DNA of 64,000 nt from assembly GCA_015228785.1 (NCBI GenBank), contig JADGCU010000002.1, forward strand, positions 16,509 through 80,508. The letters run 5' to 3'. A program made the position numbers and the translations under genes. Shown piece after piece: positions 48,527-58,082 of the stretch (position 1 is its first letter; each line of letters begins with the position of its first letter). The notes below the pieces were generated by a model. That model was given only the letters and a program-made list of their open reading frames with translations. It was not told where the DNA came from and did no database searches. Source of the stretch: Candidatus Omnitrophota bacterium (GTDB lineage: Bacteria; Omnitrophota; Gorgyraeia; Zapsychrales; Fredricksoniimonadaceae).

Positions 48527-48931
48527 ATGATCCAAGTTGAATTGGCTACGATCATCATTGATGAAAAGAATCACGATCAGGCTATTGTCCTTCGCGAGAA
48601 GGGGGGAGCTCGTCAGATCCCGATTGTGATCGGATATTTGGAGGCCACAAGTATCCAGATGAAGATCGCGGGGGTTGAGGCGCCGCGTCCCATGACCCAT
48701 GATCTTCTGGTTTCATTGATCGACTCTCTCGAGGCTGAGGTTTCAGCTGTATTGATTGATGATTTGCAGGAGGGAACATTCTTTGCCAAGTTACAGCTTA
48801 AGAATAAACTTGGGCAGGCTGTGATCATTGATTGTCGTCCTTCGGACGGCATTGCTCTTGCGGTGCGGCTTAAAACGCCGATCTTCGTTGAGGAAAAGGT
48901 TTTGAAGCAGGCCCTCACCAATGAAATGTAA
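48527..48931 (+). CDS. Bifunctional nuclease family protein (DUF151)
   Basis: PIVIG..EA, RPMTHDL and DCRPSDGIALA. Confidence 0.9.
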   Translation: MIQVELATIIIDEKNHDQAIVLREKGGARQIPIVIGYLEATSIQMKIAGVEAPRPMTHDLLVSLIDSLEAEVSAVLIDDLQEGTFFAKLQLKNKLGQAVIIDCRPSDGIALAVRLKTPIFVEEKVLKQALTNEM

Positions 48932-48946
48932 TCTTTCCTTCTTGGG

Positions 48947-50392
48947 GTGAATATGGCGTGCCTAAATGATATCCCCGAACTTCTTGTCCTTCACAGGTTG
49001 ATCCAGAGAAAACATATTTCCCTATTTCTTGTGGGAGGAGCACTTCGCGATCTTTTTTTAGGACGAAGGACCAGGGATTTTGATTTTGCAGTTTCTCAAG
49101 ACGCATTGCGGCTTGCTCAAAGTTTTGCCAAGGCAGTTAAGGGCACTTTTGTTCTTCTCGACAAGGATCTGGGATGTGCGCGGGTTGTTAAAAAGAGGCT
49201 TGACGGACTTTGGACTTATGATTTTGCGAATTTTCGTGCTTCTACTTTTAAGGAAGACCTTAAAAAACGGGATTTTACGATAAATACGCTTGCCCTTGAT
49301 TTCCGCTCTCTTCATGCCTCAGATGATTTTCGTCATGTGCTTTTGCCTAATGAAGCTGCCATTAAAGATATCAGGGGAAAGATGATCCGCATGGTCGCTA
49401 AACAGGCTTTTATTGACGATCCCCTGCGACTTCTGCGTGCCTATAGCTTGATGGCCCAGCATGGCTTTGAGATTGAAGCGAAGACGAGAAAAGAGATTAA
49501 GGTCAGGGCAAAATTAATTACTAAAGTTTCTCCCGAGCGCGTTCGTGAGGAGCTTTTTAAGATTCTTGAAAGTCCCCGTGCCGCGTTGACGTTAAAAGCC
49601 ATGCATAAAGATGGTCTGTTGTTTGTTGTGATCCCTCAGCTTTGCGTGATGGAAGAGATTCATCAGGGAGGGTATCATCACTTGGGTGTTTGGGAACATT
49701 CGCTGGAGACGATTCATCAGCTGGAAATCCTTCTTAATGATTTCTCTGATGACACAAGGATGAAGGCGTATGTGGATGAGGTGATTTCAGGTGGTCATAG
49801 TCGGCGCGCTCTTCTTAAATTCGCGTGTCTTCTTCATGATATTGGAAAGCCGGATACTAAAAAGAAGGAAGAGGGGCGGACAAGTTTCCACGGCCATGAA
49901 CATGTGGGGGCGAAGATTGCGCGGATCATTGCCCGACAGCTGATGCTGTCTACTAAAGAACGCCATGCCCTTGAGGATATGATCGGGCTTCATCTTCGCC
50001 CGGGGTATCTCTCGAATTTCAAGAAACCATCTGAGCGTATGACTTTTCGGTTTTTCAGGGATGCTAAGGCAGAGGCCGTTTCGATTCTTCTTTTATCAAC
50101 GGCTGATCAGCGTTCAACACGCGGGCCATTGACGACGGATTATGATATTAAGCATCATCAAGATATTGCATTTCCTTTGATTGACAGATATTTTCAAAAG
50201 AAGGATGAAGCGCCGTTTGTGCGGTTTATTGATGGATATGATCTGATTAGAAAATTGAAGCTTGAGCCCGGGCCCGAGTTTTCAAGGATCCTTAAAGAAG
50301 TTGAAGAGGCCCAGCATTTAGGGAAGGTGACGACCAAGGCCGAGGCCCTGGCATTGGCGCTGAAGGTTTCCGGGTTAAAGGAGAAGTCATGA
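48947..50392 (+). CDS. Class II tRNA nucleotidyltransferase with HD domain (probably CC-adding)
   Basis: VGGALRD..DFDF, EDLKKRDFTIN, DDPLRLLRA and LLHDIGKP. Confidence 0.88.
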   Translation: MNMACLNDIPELLVLHRLIQRKHISLFLVGGALRDLFLGRRTRDFDFAVSQDALRLAQSFAKAVKGTFVLLDKDLGCARVVKKRLDGLWTYDFANFRASTFKEDLKKRDFTINTLALDFRSLHASDDFRHVLLPNEAAIKDIRGKMIRMVAKQAFIDDPLRLLRAYSLMAQHGFEIEAKTRKEIKVRAKLITKVSPERVREELFKILESPRAALTLKAMHKDGLLFVVIPQLCVMEEIHQGGYHHLGVWEHSLETIHQLEILLNDFSDDTRMKAYVDEVISGGHSRRALLKFACLLHDIGKPDTKKKEEGRTSFHGHEHVGAKIARIIARQLMLSTKERHALEDMIGLHLRPGYLSNFKKPSERMTFRFFRDAKAEAVSILLLSTADQRSTRGPLTTDYDIKHHQDIAFPLIDRYFQKKDEAPFVRFIDGYDLIRKLKLEPGPEFSRILKEVEEAQHLGKVTTKAEALALALKVSGLKEKS

Positions 50393-50979
50393 GAAAAACC
50401 TTATTATTTTTTGTTTTTTTAGGTTCTACTTTCTTGTTTTTCTCTGATGGCGTTAAGGCTGAGGTGGATGCAAGGCAGTTGATCGAGCAATACATTCTTG
50501 ATAATAGTTGTGATCAAGCAAAAGATTGTATGAGCTCTTATTATTTAAAGATCGCGGATTTAGGAGCTATCGCTGTTGAGCCTTTATTGGAAGCGCTTGA
50601 TGATGAAGATCCGGGATATGTTGCGCACCGTTTAGATTTTGTTTATTTATTGTCGATGATTGGTGATCCTCGGGGCTATTCAGTTCTTCGGCTCTATTTT
50701 CTTGAAAACAAGGAGGATGAGAATGAAGGGTATCAGGAGGGGCGTAAGTGGCGTTTTGCTATCAGTTTGGGGGCCTGTTTGGCTGTGGAAAAGATCGATG
50801 ATTATATGAGTCTTGTCTTTTCAGATACAACGGGCGGAGCGCTTAAGGCACTCAAAGAAATATCTGGTCAGGACTTTGGTCAAGACCAGGGGCAATGGAC
50901 TGAATATCTTAAGGCCACGGGGCAGTTGGAGGCATTTCGTGAGAAATGCCGGGAACATTCTAAGCCGATCCTTGGCTGA
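50389..50979 (+). CDS. Exported hypothetical protein (HEAT-like helices)
   Basis: Signal peptide; AVEPLLEAL...LSMIGDPR and SGQDFGQD..W. Confidence 0.6.
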   Translation: MRKTLLFFVFLGSTFLFFSDGVKAEVDARQLIEQYILDNSCDQAKDCMSSYYLKIADLGAIAVEPLLEALDDEDPGYVAHRLDFVYLLSMIGDPRGYSVLRLYFLENKEDENEGYQEGRKWRFAISLGACLAVEKIDDYMSLVFSDTTGGALKALKEISGQDFGQDQGQWTEYLKATGQLEAFREKCREHSKPILG

Positions 50980-50988
50980 GGAGAGAAG

Positions 50989-51924
50989 ATGAAGGTAAGA
51001 AACGCGAATATTACAGTTGTGAAAGCTGACATCACGGAGCTTGTCGTTGATGCCATTGTGAACCCGGCTAACAATGAGCTTGTGATGGGAGGTGGTGTTG
51101 CGGGTGTCATTAAAGAAAAGGGTGGGGCAGAGATCGAAGCTGAGGCTGTTGCCCAGGGGCCTATTGGCGCTGGTGAGGCAATTGCGACCAAGGCTGGTTC
51201 GCTTAAGGCGAAGCATGTGATTCATGCCGCGACCATGGCCATGGATTTAAAGACCGATGAACATCTGGTGCGCACGTCATGTGCCAATGCCTTCAAGTGT
51301 GCTGAAGAGCTTGGTCTCACGTCGATCGCCTTTCCGGCCCTGGGATGCGGTGTCGGTCATTTTCCGGTTGTGGGCGCAGCCAAGATCATGACTCAAGAGG
51401 CGCTTAAGGTGGCACGCGAGGGCAAGAGTTCGCTTAAGGAAATTATTTTTTGTCTTTATGATGATGAGGCGTTCGGAATATTTGAAAAGCAGGTCTATGG
51501 TTATTTACGGCATATTATGGATGACCTTGCTTGGGGGCCTTATGTCACAGTGGATATTATTATTGAGATGGCTGGAGGCATTGTTTTGATCGAGCGTACG
51601 AATCCGCCCTTTGGCTGGGCTTTGCCGGGAGGTTTTGTGGATCGCGGCGAAAGCCTGGAGACAGCGGCACAGCGCGAAGCCAAGGAAGAGACGGGATTGG
51701 ATCTGGAGGGGTTAAAACAATTTCATACGTATTCTGAGCCGTCACGTGATCAGCGATTTCATACGGTGACGACGGTGTTTATTGCCCGAGGGATTGGCAA
51801 ACCCGCGGCTGGTGATGATGCCAAGGGCCTTAAAGTGGTCCCTTATGAAGATTTGAGAAGGTTTCGCTATGCCTTTGATCATAATCAGGTGATTGAGGAT
51901 TATTTGCGTTTACGTGGGAAATGA
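50989..51924 (+). CDS. Macrodomain-Nudix hydrolase fusion
   Basis: [18 protein letters not shown] and FPALGCGVG; Nudix box [22 protein letters not shown]. Confidence 0.9.
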   Translation: MKVRNANITVVKADITELVVDAIVNPANNELVMGGGVAGVIKEKGGAEIEAEAVAQGPIGAGEAIATKAGSLKAKHVIHAATMAMDLKTDEHLVRTSCANAFKCAEELGLTSIAFPALGCGVGHFPVVGAAKIMTQEALKVAREGKSSLKEIIFCLYDDEAFGIFEKQVYGYLRHIMDDLAWGPYVTVDIIIEMAGGIVLIERTNPPFGWALPGGFVDRGESLETAAQREAKEETGLDLEGLKQFHTYSEPSRDQRFHTVTTVFIARGIGKPAAGDDAKGLKVVPYEDLRRFRYAFDHNQVIEDYLRLRGK

Positions 51925-51983
51925 TGATGTGGCTAAACTTTGATTGACATCATAGGGTGAAGCGGTATATTTGTTGTACTCTT

Positions 51984-52742
51984 ATGAGATATTTCTTTTG
52001 TTTAATAATTTTCGTATTTTTCCAGGCTTCCTCTGTGTGGGCCGCGCCGACGCTTGCGGATCTTCAGAGTGTTGTAATCCAGGGGGATTATAAGAAAGCC
52101 AATGATCTTGCCCAAGAGCTTTCGAAGGCATCTCTGAGCAAAGTCGAAGCAGCGGAGGTTCAGTATTATTTGGGTCTGACTTTTCTTAGGCTCGGGGAGC
52201 CTGCTAAGGCGTATGATATTTATAAGAAACTTATCGCGAGCCAGCCACACGGCGACCTTTATGATAAATCTTCGGTCGGCTTAATCGATTCTTTGTATAT
52301 GCAAGGGCAGTATGATCAGGCCCTCAAAGAGGCGATTTCTGTGATCGCAAAACGAAGTGATTCAGAGATGATGAGTCTTTTTTATCTGAAAGCCGCGCGA
52401 GCGAATTTGAAGTTAGCGCGTTGGGCCCAGGCGCGGGAATTTTTGAAGAAAATCATCCGGGAGTATCCTGATAGTTTTGAGGGCCCGGTCGCGCGTCAAC
52501 TCTTGGAAGAAAAGCAGTATTTTACGGTTCAGGTGGGATCTTTTGTCGATAAGGCGCGCGCGGAGACTCTGGTCCAGGAGCTTATCGGTCGTAAGCAGTA
52601 TGCGTATATTCTTGAGATCAAGTCTTCCGACGGGAAGATCATGTATCGTGTTCGCGTTGGACAGCTCACAGCTCTTAAAGATGCAAGAGAGCTCGAGTCA
52701 ACGTTGTCAGGGCTGGGATATCCTACCTTAATTTATCCGTGA
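51984..52742 (+). CDS. Exported TPR + SPOR domain protein
   Basis: Signal peptide, TPR helices, then FTVQVGSF...YRVRVG. Confidence 0.85.
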   Translation: MRYFFCLIIFVFFQASSVWAAPTLADLQSVVIQGDYKKANDLAQELSKASLSKVEAAEVQYYLGLTFLRLGEPAKAYDIYKKLIASQPHGDLYDKSSVGLIDSLYMQGQYDQALKEAISVIAKRSDSEMMSLFYLKAARANLKLARWAQAREFLKKIIREYPDSFEGPVARQLLEEKQYFTVQVGSFVDKARAETLVQELIGRKQYAYILEIKSSDGKIMYRVRVGQLTALKDARELESTLSGLGYPTLIYP

Positions 52743-52748
52743 TAAAAA

Positions 52749-52827
52749 AGACACAAGACATAAGTCGCAAGACAGAGGAAAGATCTCGTAAGGCCGAGGA
52801 GATTTTTGTGTCCTGTGCTTTGCCCCG
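52749..52827. repeat. Heptamer-periodic palindromic repeat
   Basis: AGACACA AGACATA AGTCGCA AGACAGA ... TGTGTCC TGTGCTT. Confidence 0.6.
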
Positions 52828-53737
52828 TATTCCTATTGTTTTTCTTGTAGGCCCTACAGCTGTGGGGAAGACCGCTGTTGCTATTGAGCTTGCCTGCCAA
52901 ATGAACGGTGAGGTCGTTTCTTGCGATGCCATGCAGGTGTATCGTGAGGCCATGATCACGACCGATCGACCATCACAAGACATGTTGAAAGGCGTCCCTC
53001 ATCATGTGATGGGGATTGTCTCTGTTGAAGAGGAATTTAATGTGGCCCTTTATCGGGAGGTTGCTCTTAAGGCGATTAAGGATATTCTGGCGCGACAGAA
53101 GACCCCCATTATTTGTGGCGGGAGTGGCATGTATATGATGGCGCTTTTGGATGGTCTTTTGGAAGGCGGTGCCCCGGATGCGGAGGTGCGCCGCCATCTT
53201 GAAGCGGAAGCAGATAAGTTAGGGCTTAAGGTTCTTTATCGTCGTCTTCAGGAGGTCGATCCTCAAGCGGCTGAAAAGATAACGTCCGCTGACAGGGTCC
53301 GTATTGTTCGCGCGCTGGAGGTCTTTGAGTCCACGGGTGTTCCTATCTCGATGCTTCAAAAGACGCGTGAGGGGTTATGGGGGAGATATCATATTCGAAT
53401 CTTTTGTCTGAATCGGGAACGCGAGGAATTATATGCCCGAGCAGAAGCCAGGATTGATCAGATGTTTGCGCTCGGACTTGAGGGTGAGGTGAAGGCACTG
53501 CTGAAGCACGCCTTGACGCCGACGTCATCACGAATTATTGGTATCCCTGAGTTGCGGGATTATTTCTCAGGAGTCCGATCTCTTGGGGAAGCGAAAGAGT
53601 TGATGAAGCGTAACACCCGTCATTATATTAAAAGGCAATTGACGTGGTTCAGGAAAGATAAGAGACTAGAATGGATTAATGCGGCGCCTGACGCCAGTGT
53701 TGTGGGTGTGGTTGAAGACATAAGAAGATTGATGTGA
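52808..53737 (+). CDS. miaA: tRNA dimethylallyltransferase
   Basis: GPTAVGKT, DAMQVY and KRQLTWF; in-frame GTG 52808 with SD GAGGAG (ORF extends upstream to 52739). Confidence 0.95.
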   Translation: MSCALPRIPIVFLVGPTAVGKTAVAIELACQMNGEVVSCDAMQVYREAMITTDRPSQDMLKGVPHHVMGIVSVEEEFNVALYREVALKAIKDILARQKTPIICGGSGMYMMALLDGLLEGGAPDAEVRRHLEAEADKLGLKVLYRRLQEVDPQAAEKITSADRVRIVRALEVFESTGVPISMLQKTREGLWGRYHIRIFCLNREREELYARAEARIDQMFALGLEGEVKALLKHALTPTSSRIIGIPELRDYFSGVRSLGEAKELMKRNTRHYIKRQLTWFRKDKRLEWINAAPDASVVGVVEDIRRLM

Positions 53738-53777
53738 GGAAGAAATTTAACGGGTTTTTTAAAAGACAGGAGGAAGC

Positions 53778-53879
53778 ATGAAAGATGATTTATCTATAGG
53801 CGTAGTTGTTGCGGTCTTAGTTTCTATTGGAACTGTTAGCTATGCTATTTATCAGATCGTTACATGTTTCTTTAAATAA
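53778..53879 (+). CDS. 33-aa single-TM microprotein MKDDLSIGVVVAVLVSIGTVSYAIYQIVTCFFK
   Basis: Manual translation; SD AGGAGG immediately upstream. Confidence 0.6.
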   Translation: MKDDLSIGVVVAVLVSIGTVSYAIYQIVTCFFK

Positions 53880-54027
53880 TCGTGATTAAATAAGTAATGG
53901 GGACACATGAGATCTTCGGGTGTTGACGATGTGATGCCCCTCGATTTTATTCGTTTTGAAGCACAGGAGTTGTTTAGAAGATATGTCCTGCCTTAACAGA
54001 TTGTCTGTTGAAGAGGGAAGGGGTAAT

Positions 54028-55287
54028 GTGACAAAAGAAAAAGTATTGATCGCCATTGTAGATTTTAAACTTCGGGGAACTTGGCCAACGGCGGAAGTTG
54101 CTTACGAGATGGAAGAGTTGGTTAAGGCCTGTCATGGGGAGGTCGTTGGCAAGGTTCATTGTCCCGCACATCCACCGTCTTCAACGACTCTTATTAATAA
54201 AGGGAAGGTTGAAGAGATTGTGGCGTTGATCCCGGTCCTGGGAGCTGAAACCGTGATCTTTAGCTCTGAGTTGAAAGGATCTCAACAGCGGAATCTTGAG
54301 GAAGCCTTTCGCGTTAAGACGATTGATCGGACGACAATTATTCTCGATATCTTTGCCAAGCGGGCAACCTCTCTTGAGGGGAAGCTTCAGGTTGAGCTTG
54401 CGCAGCTTGAATATCGTCTGCCCCGTCTAACCGGACACTATGATCAACTGTCACGTCAAGGGGGCGGAATTGGGACCATGGGGCCGGGGGAGACGAAACT
54501 TGAAGTTGACCGCCGGCGGATTGGCGAGAGAATTGATCGGATTAAAAAAGATCTTGGTGATGTCACACGTTCTCGTCAGGTGAAGCGTAAGCGCCGCGAG
54601 GGGCAGCATGTGCCGTTGATCTCGCTTGTTGGTTATACTAATGCCGGGAAATCAACATTATTAAATGCCATGACCGGGGCCCATCAGGAGACTAAAGACG
54701 GGCTTTTTACAACACTTGATTCTTTGGCCCGTCAGCATACCCTTCCTAATAAGCAGAAAGTTGTTTTTTCTGATACGGTTGGTTTTATGCACGATTTACC
54801 GCACAAATTGATTGAGGCGTTTAAGGCAACTCTTGAGGAAGTTCAAAGCGCGGATCTGCTTTTACATGTTCTTGATATCAGTAATCCCAATCATCAGAAC
54901 TTTAAGGAAGCGGTGACAGGAGTGCTCACACAACTCGAGGCACATAAAAAACCGACGATTCTTGTTTTGAACAAGGTTGACAGGCTTGAGGACAAAGGCA
55001 TTATGGAAGCGGTGAGTAAGCGCTATGATAAGACGGTTTTGATCTCTGCCAAAGAAAAGATAAATCTCGATGAGTTGTTTCTCAAGATCGAGAATGAATT
55101 ATCCAGTTTAGTTACTCACATTGATGTGAAAATTCCGCTTAAAAGGATGGATCTTGTCCACCTTGCCCATAGAGAGGGGGATGTTATTCATGAGGAATAT
55201 CTTGAGGAGGGCATTCATATTTGTGCCAATGTTCCGCATCATGTTGCCGGAGTATTCTTGAATGCCAGGTTGGGAAATTCTGAGTAA
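54028..55287 (+). CDS. hflX: Ribosome-splitting GTPase HflX
   Basis: [31 protein letters not shown] and NKVD; start uncertain. Confidence 0.96.
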   Translation: MTKEKVLIAIVDFKLRGTWPTAEVAYEMEELVKACHGEVVGKVHCPAHPPSSTTLINKGKVEEIVALIPVLGAETVIFSSELKGSQQRNLEEAFRVKTIDRTTIILDIFAKRATSLEGKLQVELAQLEYRLPRLTGHYDQLSRQGGGIGTMGPGETKLEVDRRRIGERIDRIKKDLGDVTRSRQVKRKRREGQHVPLISLVGYTNAGKSTLLNAMTGAHQETKDGLFTTLDSLARQHTLPNKQKVVFSDTVGFMHDLPHKLIEAFKATLEEVQSADLLLHVLDISNPNHQNFKEAVTGVLTQLEAHKKPTILVLNKVDRLEDKGIMEAVSKRYDKTVLISAKEKINLDELFLKIENELSSLVTHIDVKIPLKRMDLVHLAHREGDVIHEEYLEEGIHICANVPHHVAGVFLNARLGNSE

Positions 55288-55330
55288 TGAATTATTCCTT
55301 GTTAGAAGAATATTCACTTGAGGTTAGTTA

Positions 55331-56995
55331 ATGTATTTTTTGCTTATTTCTGTTCCTGTTGCGCTGGCTGGTTTGTGTTTTGCGTTGAAAATAGCGGCGG
55401 GTCCTTATTGGCATTATTATGATTCTTGTTATTCGTATCTTATAAACGGCCTCAATATCGCTTCAGGAAAACAGACGTTCTTCTTTTACCATCCAGGAAC
55501 CCCTGTCCAATTGTTGTGTTCTTCTGTTATGCGGGTGTTGAATATAGGACGGTCCTCGTCTGAAATGATTAACCGCGTCTTGGCGGATCCTGAACTTTAT
55601 TTAAGCGCTGTTCATGCTGTTTTGGTGGCGCTTTTTCTTGTTTCGTCTCTTCTTTTAGTGATTGATGTTTATCGCAAAACACGGGATTTTTTGGCGGCTT
55701 TCGTGATGCAGTTGCCAGGACTTATAGCCCTCGGCATCAGCGTGCTTTCTATCCCTGCGGGGGCGAATGTTGCTCCCGAGTTGTTGCTGATGAGTATTAT
55801 CAATCTTTATATCTTGTCGCTTTTTCAATTATTTTCTTCTGGTTCTCCTTATCAGGAATGGCGTGCGGCCTTGTGGCTTGGGTTTTTGTGCGGACTGGGA
55901 ATCAGTACGAAATATAGTTTCTTCCCGCTTGCTTTGGTGCCGTTGCTGGTGCTTCATTGGCGGGAGAAAATACTGTTCTTGATTGTTGCCCTTGGCGCAT
56001 TTCTTCTTTGGACAATGCCTCTTTGGTACGCCTATTCAAACCTCTGGGGAGCGATCCAGTTAAATCTGTGTAATGTTTCTGGTGGTACTCCTCGTGTTGG
56101 TTTCTTTAATTTTAGCAGTTTTATTTCGGTATTGGGACAAGTTGCTCGAGATTTTTGGTTTTTTGTTCTCGTGTCTTGTGGGGCGTTGATTTTGAGTTTT
56201 ATTAAGCCTGTGATGGATAAATCAAACAGGTATTTATTTTTGCTGAGGGCTTCCGCCCTTGGAGTGTTGTTTCAATTCTTCGTTCTTGGCCGGCATTACA
56301 TGCCTTATTATGCGATCCCTGGAGTCTGCCTGTCGGGGCTTGTGTTGTTAATGATTTTCTTGATTTATAAGCCGCAGAGCTTTCGTTTTATGGGCGTTCT
56401 TCTTTTAGGAGTTTATATTTGTTGTACGGCTTACGCTGTTTTTGTGTGTGTTGAGCAAGCTCGCATGATTCGCCAGGGAGATACGTTTGTTAAAGAGTTG
56501 CGCTCACAATATCCCGGCTACTATATTATTTCATCATATATTATGCCTGCTCCTATTGAAGCGCATGCTCTTTCTTATGGCGTTGATACTGCGGGGAATC
56601 AGGTCGTTGATGCCTTGTCTCGGCAATATCCTTTTATGACAACGTATGATCCTGGAGCGCATATGATCTGGAATCATACCAGCCGGTGGCTGGCAGATGA
56701 TCTTATGAACAAGTTCCCGGGGATCTTGATTGTAGGAGGGCAGCTGGATTTGGTGACCAATAGTCCTCATCAGGTCCGGTTGGTAAAACATCAGGGCGAT
56801 CTTTATGCGTACTTATTAATAGCGAGTACGGAAAAGCAGGCCAACATTCTTTTTGTAAATGCGAAGGCATTCTTGTCGCAGGGAAAATATGTCGAGGCGG
56901 CTATCTTTGCTTCAAAAAGCTTAGAGTTTGGGTTTAATGCCAGGGCAGAGGCAGAGGCTATTTTAAAAGAGGCCAAGGATCAATTATCACGTTGA
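55331..56995 (+). CDS. Multi-TM GT-C-like membrane protein
   Basis: Many TM segments; D..Y.YL.NG, YHPGTP and STKYSF motifs. Confidence 0.5.
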   Translation: MYFLLISVPVALAGLCFALKIAAGPYWHYYDSCYSYLINGLNIASGKQTFFFYHPGTPVQLLCSSVMRVLNIGRSSSEMINRVLADPELYLSAVHAVLVALFLVSSLLLVIDVYRKTRDFLAAFVMQLPGLIALGISVLSIPAGANVAPELLLMSIINLYILSLFQLFSSGSPYQEWRAALWLGFLCGLGISTKYSFFPLALVPLLVLHWREKILFLIVALGAFLLWTMPLWYAYSNLWGAIQLNLCNVSGGTPRVGFFNFSSFISVLGQVARDFWFFVLVSCGALILSFIKPVMDKSNRYLFLLRASALGVLFQFFVLGRHYMPYYAIPGVCLSGLVLLMIFLIYKPQSFRFMGVLLLGVYICCTAYAVFVCVEQARMIRQGDTFVKELRSQYPGYYIISSYIMPAPIEAHALSYGVDTAGNQVVDALSRQYPFMTTYDPGAHMIWNHTSRWLADDLMNKFPGILIVGGQLDLVTNSPHQVRLVKHQGDLYAYLLIASTEKQANILFVNAKAFLSQGKYVEAAIFASKSLEFGFNARAEAEAILKEAKDQLSR

Positions 56996-57007
56996 TTTTG
57001 ATTTATT

Positions 57008-57071
57008 TAGTTAGATTATCTAACTATTCTGAGAATAAGTTCTTGACAAGTTAATTAGCTTGTGATATCTT
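57008..57071 (+). promoter_or_regulatory. Promoter of the HspR-like gene with palindromic operator candidates
   Basis: TTGACA-17-TATCTT; palindromes TAGTTAGAT-T-ATCTAACTA (57008-57026) and ACAAGTTAATTAGCTTGT (57046-57063). Confidence 0.55.
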
Positions 57072-57096
57072 TTTAATCAGAAGAGAGGACGTATCT

Positions 57097-57414
57097 ATGA
57101 ATTTAGAAAACTCTCAACTGAAAGCTGGGGAAATGGGTCAAAATGTACCAAAGGAATTTGATGTTGATATTGACCCAATCGCTCCACTTTTTATCATAGG
57201 CGTCGCATCAGATATGGTCCAGATCCCCATTTGGACCCTAAGAAAGCTTGATGAAATGGGCGTCGTATGCCCTAAGAGGATTGGGGTGAGAACCAGATGT
57301 TATTCACAGGTTCAAATTAAGACCTTGAACTATATTAAGTATCTATTAGAGGAAAGAAGTGTGAATATTAGCGGGATTAAGGTTATTTTGGAGATTGAGC
57401 ATAGGGGGGAGTAG
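57097..57414 (+). CDS. MerR-family regulator, HspR-like
   Basis: PLFIIGVASDMV...TLRKLDEMGVVCPKR...RCYS...VNISGIKVIL; heat-shock context. Confidence 0.75.
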   Translation: MNLENSQLKAGEMGQNVPKEFDVDIDPIAPLFIIGVASDMVQIPIWTLRKLDEMGVVCPKRIGVRTRCYSQVQIKTLNYIKYLLEERSVNISGIKVILEIEHRGE

Positions 57415-57434
57415 GGATTTTTTTTGCCATTATG

Positions 57435-57461
57435 TTGGCAGTCATGTCGACTGATTGCTAA
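57435..57461 (+). promoter_or_regulatory. CIRCE element (HrcA operator) upstream of hsp20
   Basis: TTGGCAGTC-N9-GATTGCTAA versus consensus TTAGCACTC-N9-GAGTGCTAA. Confidence 0.75.
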
Positions 57462-57555
57462 TATTGTGGCTATATAGGTGAAAGGTGAGGGTGTCTTGAA
57501 CGAAAAAATTCCTGACACCTTACCTTGAGTAATCAAAAAACATGGGAGGTGGGTT

Positions 57556-58029
57556 ATGTCATTATTGCCGCGCAAACAACACAATGTGGTCTTGAGAAAT
57601 CCTTTTTGGGAGTTTGAAAAGTTTCATCGTGACATGTCCCGGATCTTTGATCAGGGGATCTCTGGAGATACGGATCAGGATGTTTCTTTATGGGCAGGGG
57701 CCTGGTCGCCAGCTGTTGATGTCATGGATCAAAAGGATGCGATTTTAGTCAAGGCTGATCTTCCGGGACTTACCAAGGATGACATTGATGTGGTGATCGA
57801 GAACAATGTTCTTAGTATCCGGGGAGAAAAGAAACATAGGGAGGAGCAAAAGGAAGGGGATGTTATCCGTAGCGAGCGATATTATGGAAGCTTTCATCGA
57901 GCTTTTACGCTTCCTTCAACGGTTGATGCGCAAAAGGTACAGGCCAAATTCCAGGATGGAGTCTTGGAGCTTCAGATCGCGAAGAAAGAGGAGGCCAAGC
58001 CTAAGCAGATTAAGGTGGACGTGAAGTAA
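57556..58029 (+). CDS. Hsp20/alpha-crystallin small heat shock protein (cytoplasmic)
   Basis: WSPAVDV, ADLPG, ERYYGSFHRAFTLP and DGVLEL. Confidence 0.95.
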   Translation: MSLLPRKQHNVVLRNPFWEFEKFHRDMSRIFDQGISGDTDQDVSLWAGAWSPAVDVMDQKDAILVKADLPGLTKDDIDVVIENNVLSIRGEKKHREEQKEGDVIRSERYYGSFHRAFTLPSTVDAQKVQAKFQDGVLELQIAKKEEAKPKQIKVDVK

Positions 58030-58082
58030 TGTGATAAGAAAAAGTGTGTTGAATAATAAATTATTAGGAATAGAGAAAGGAG

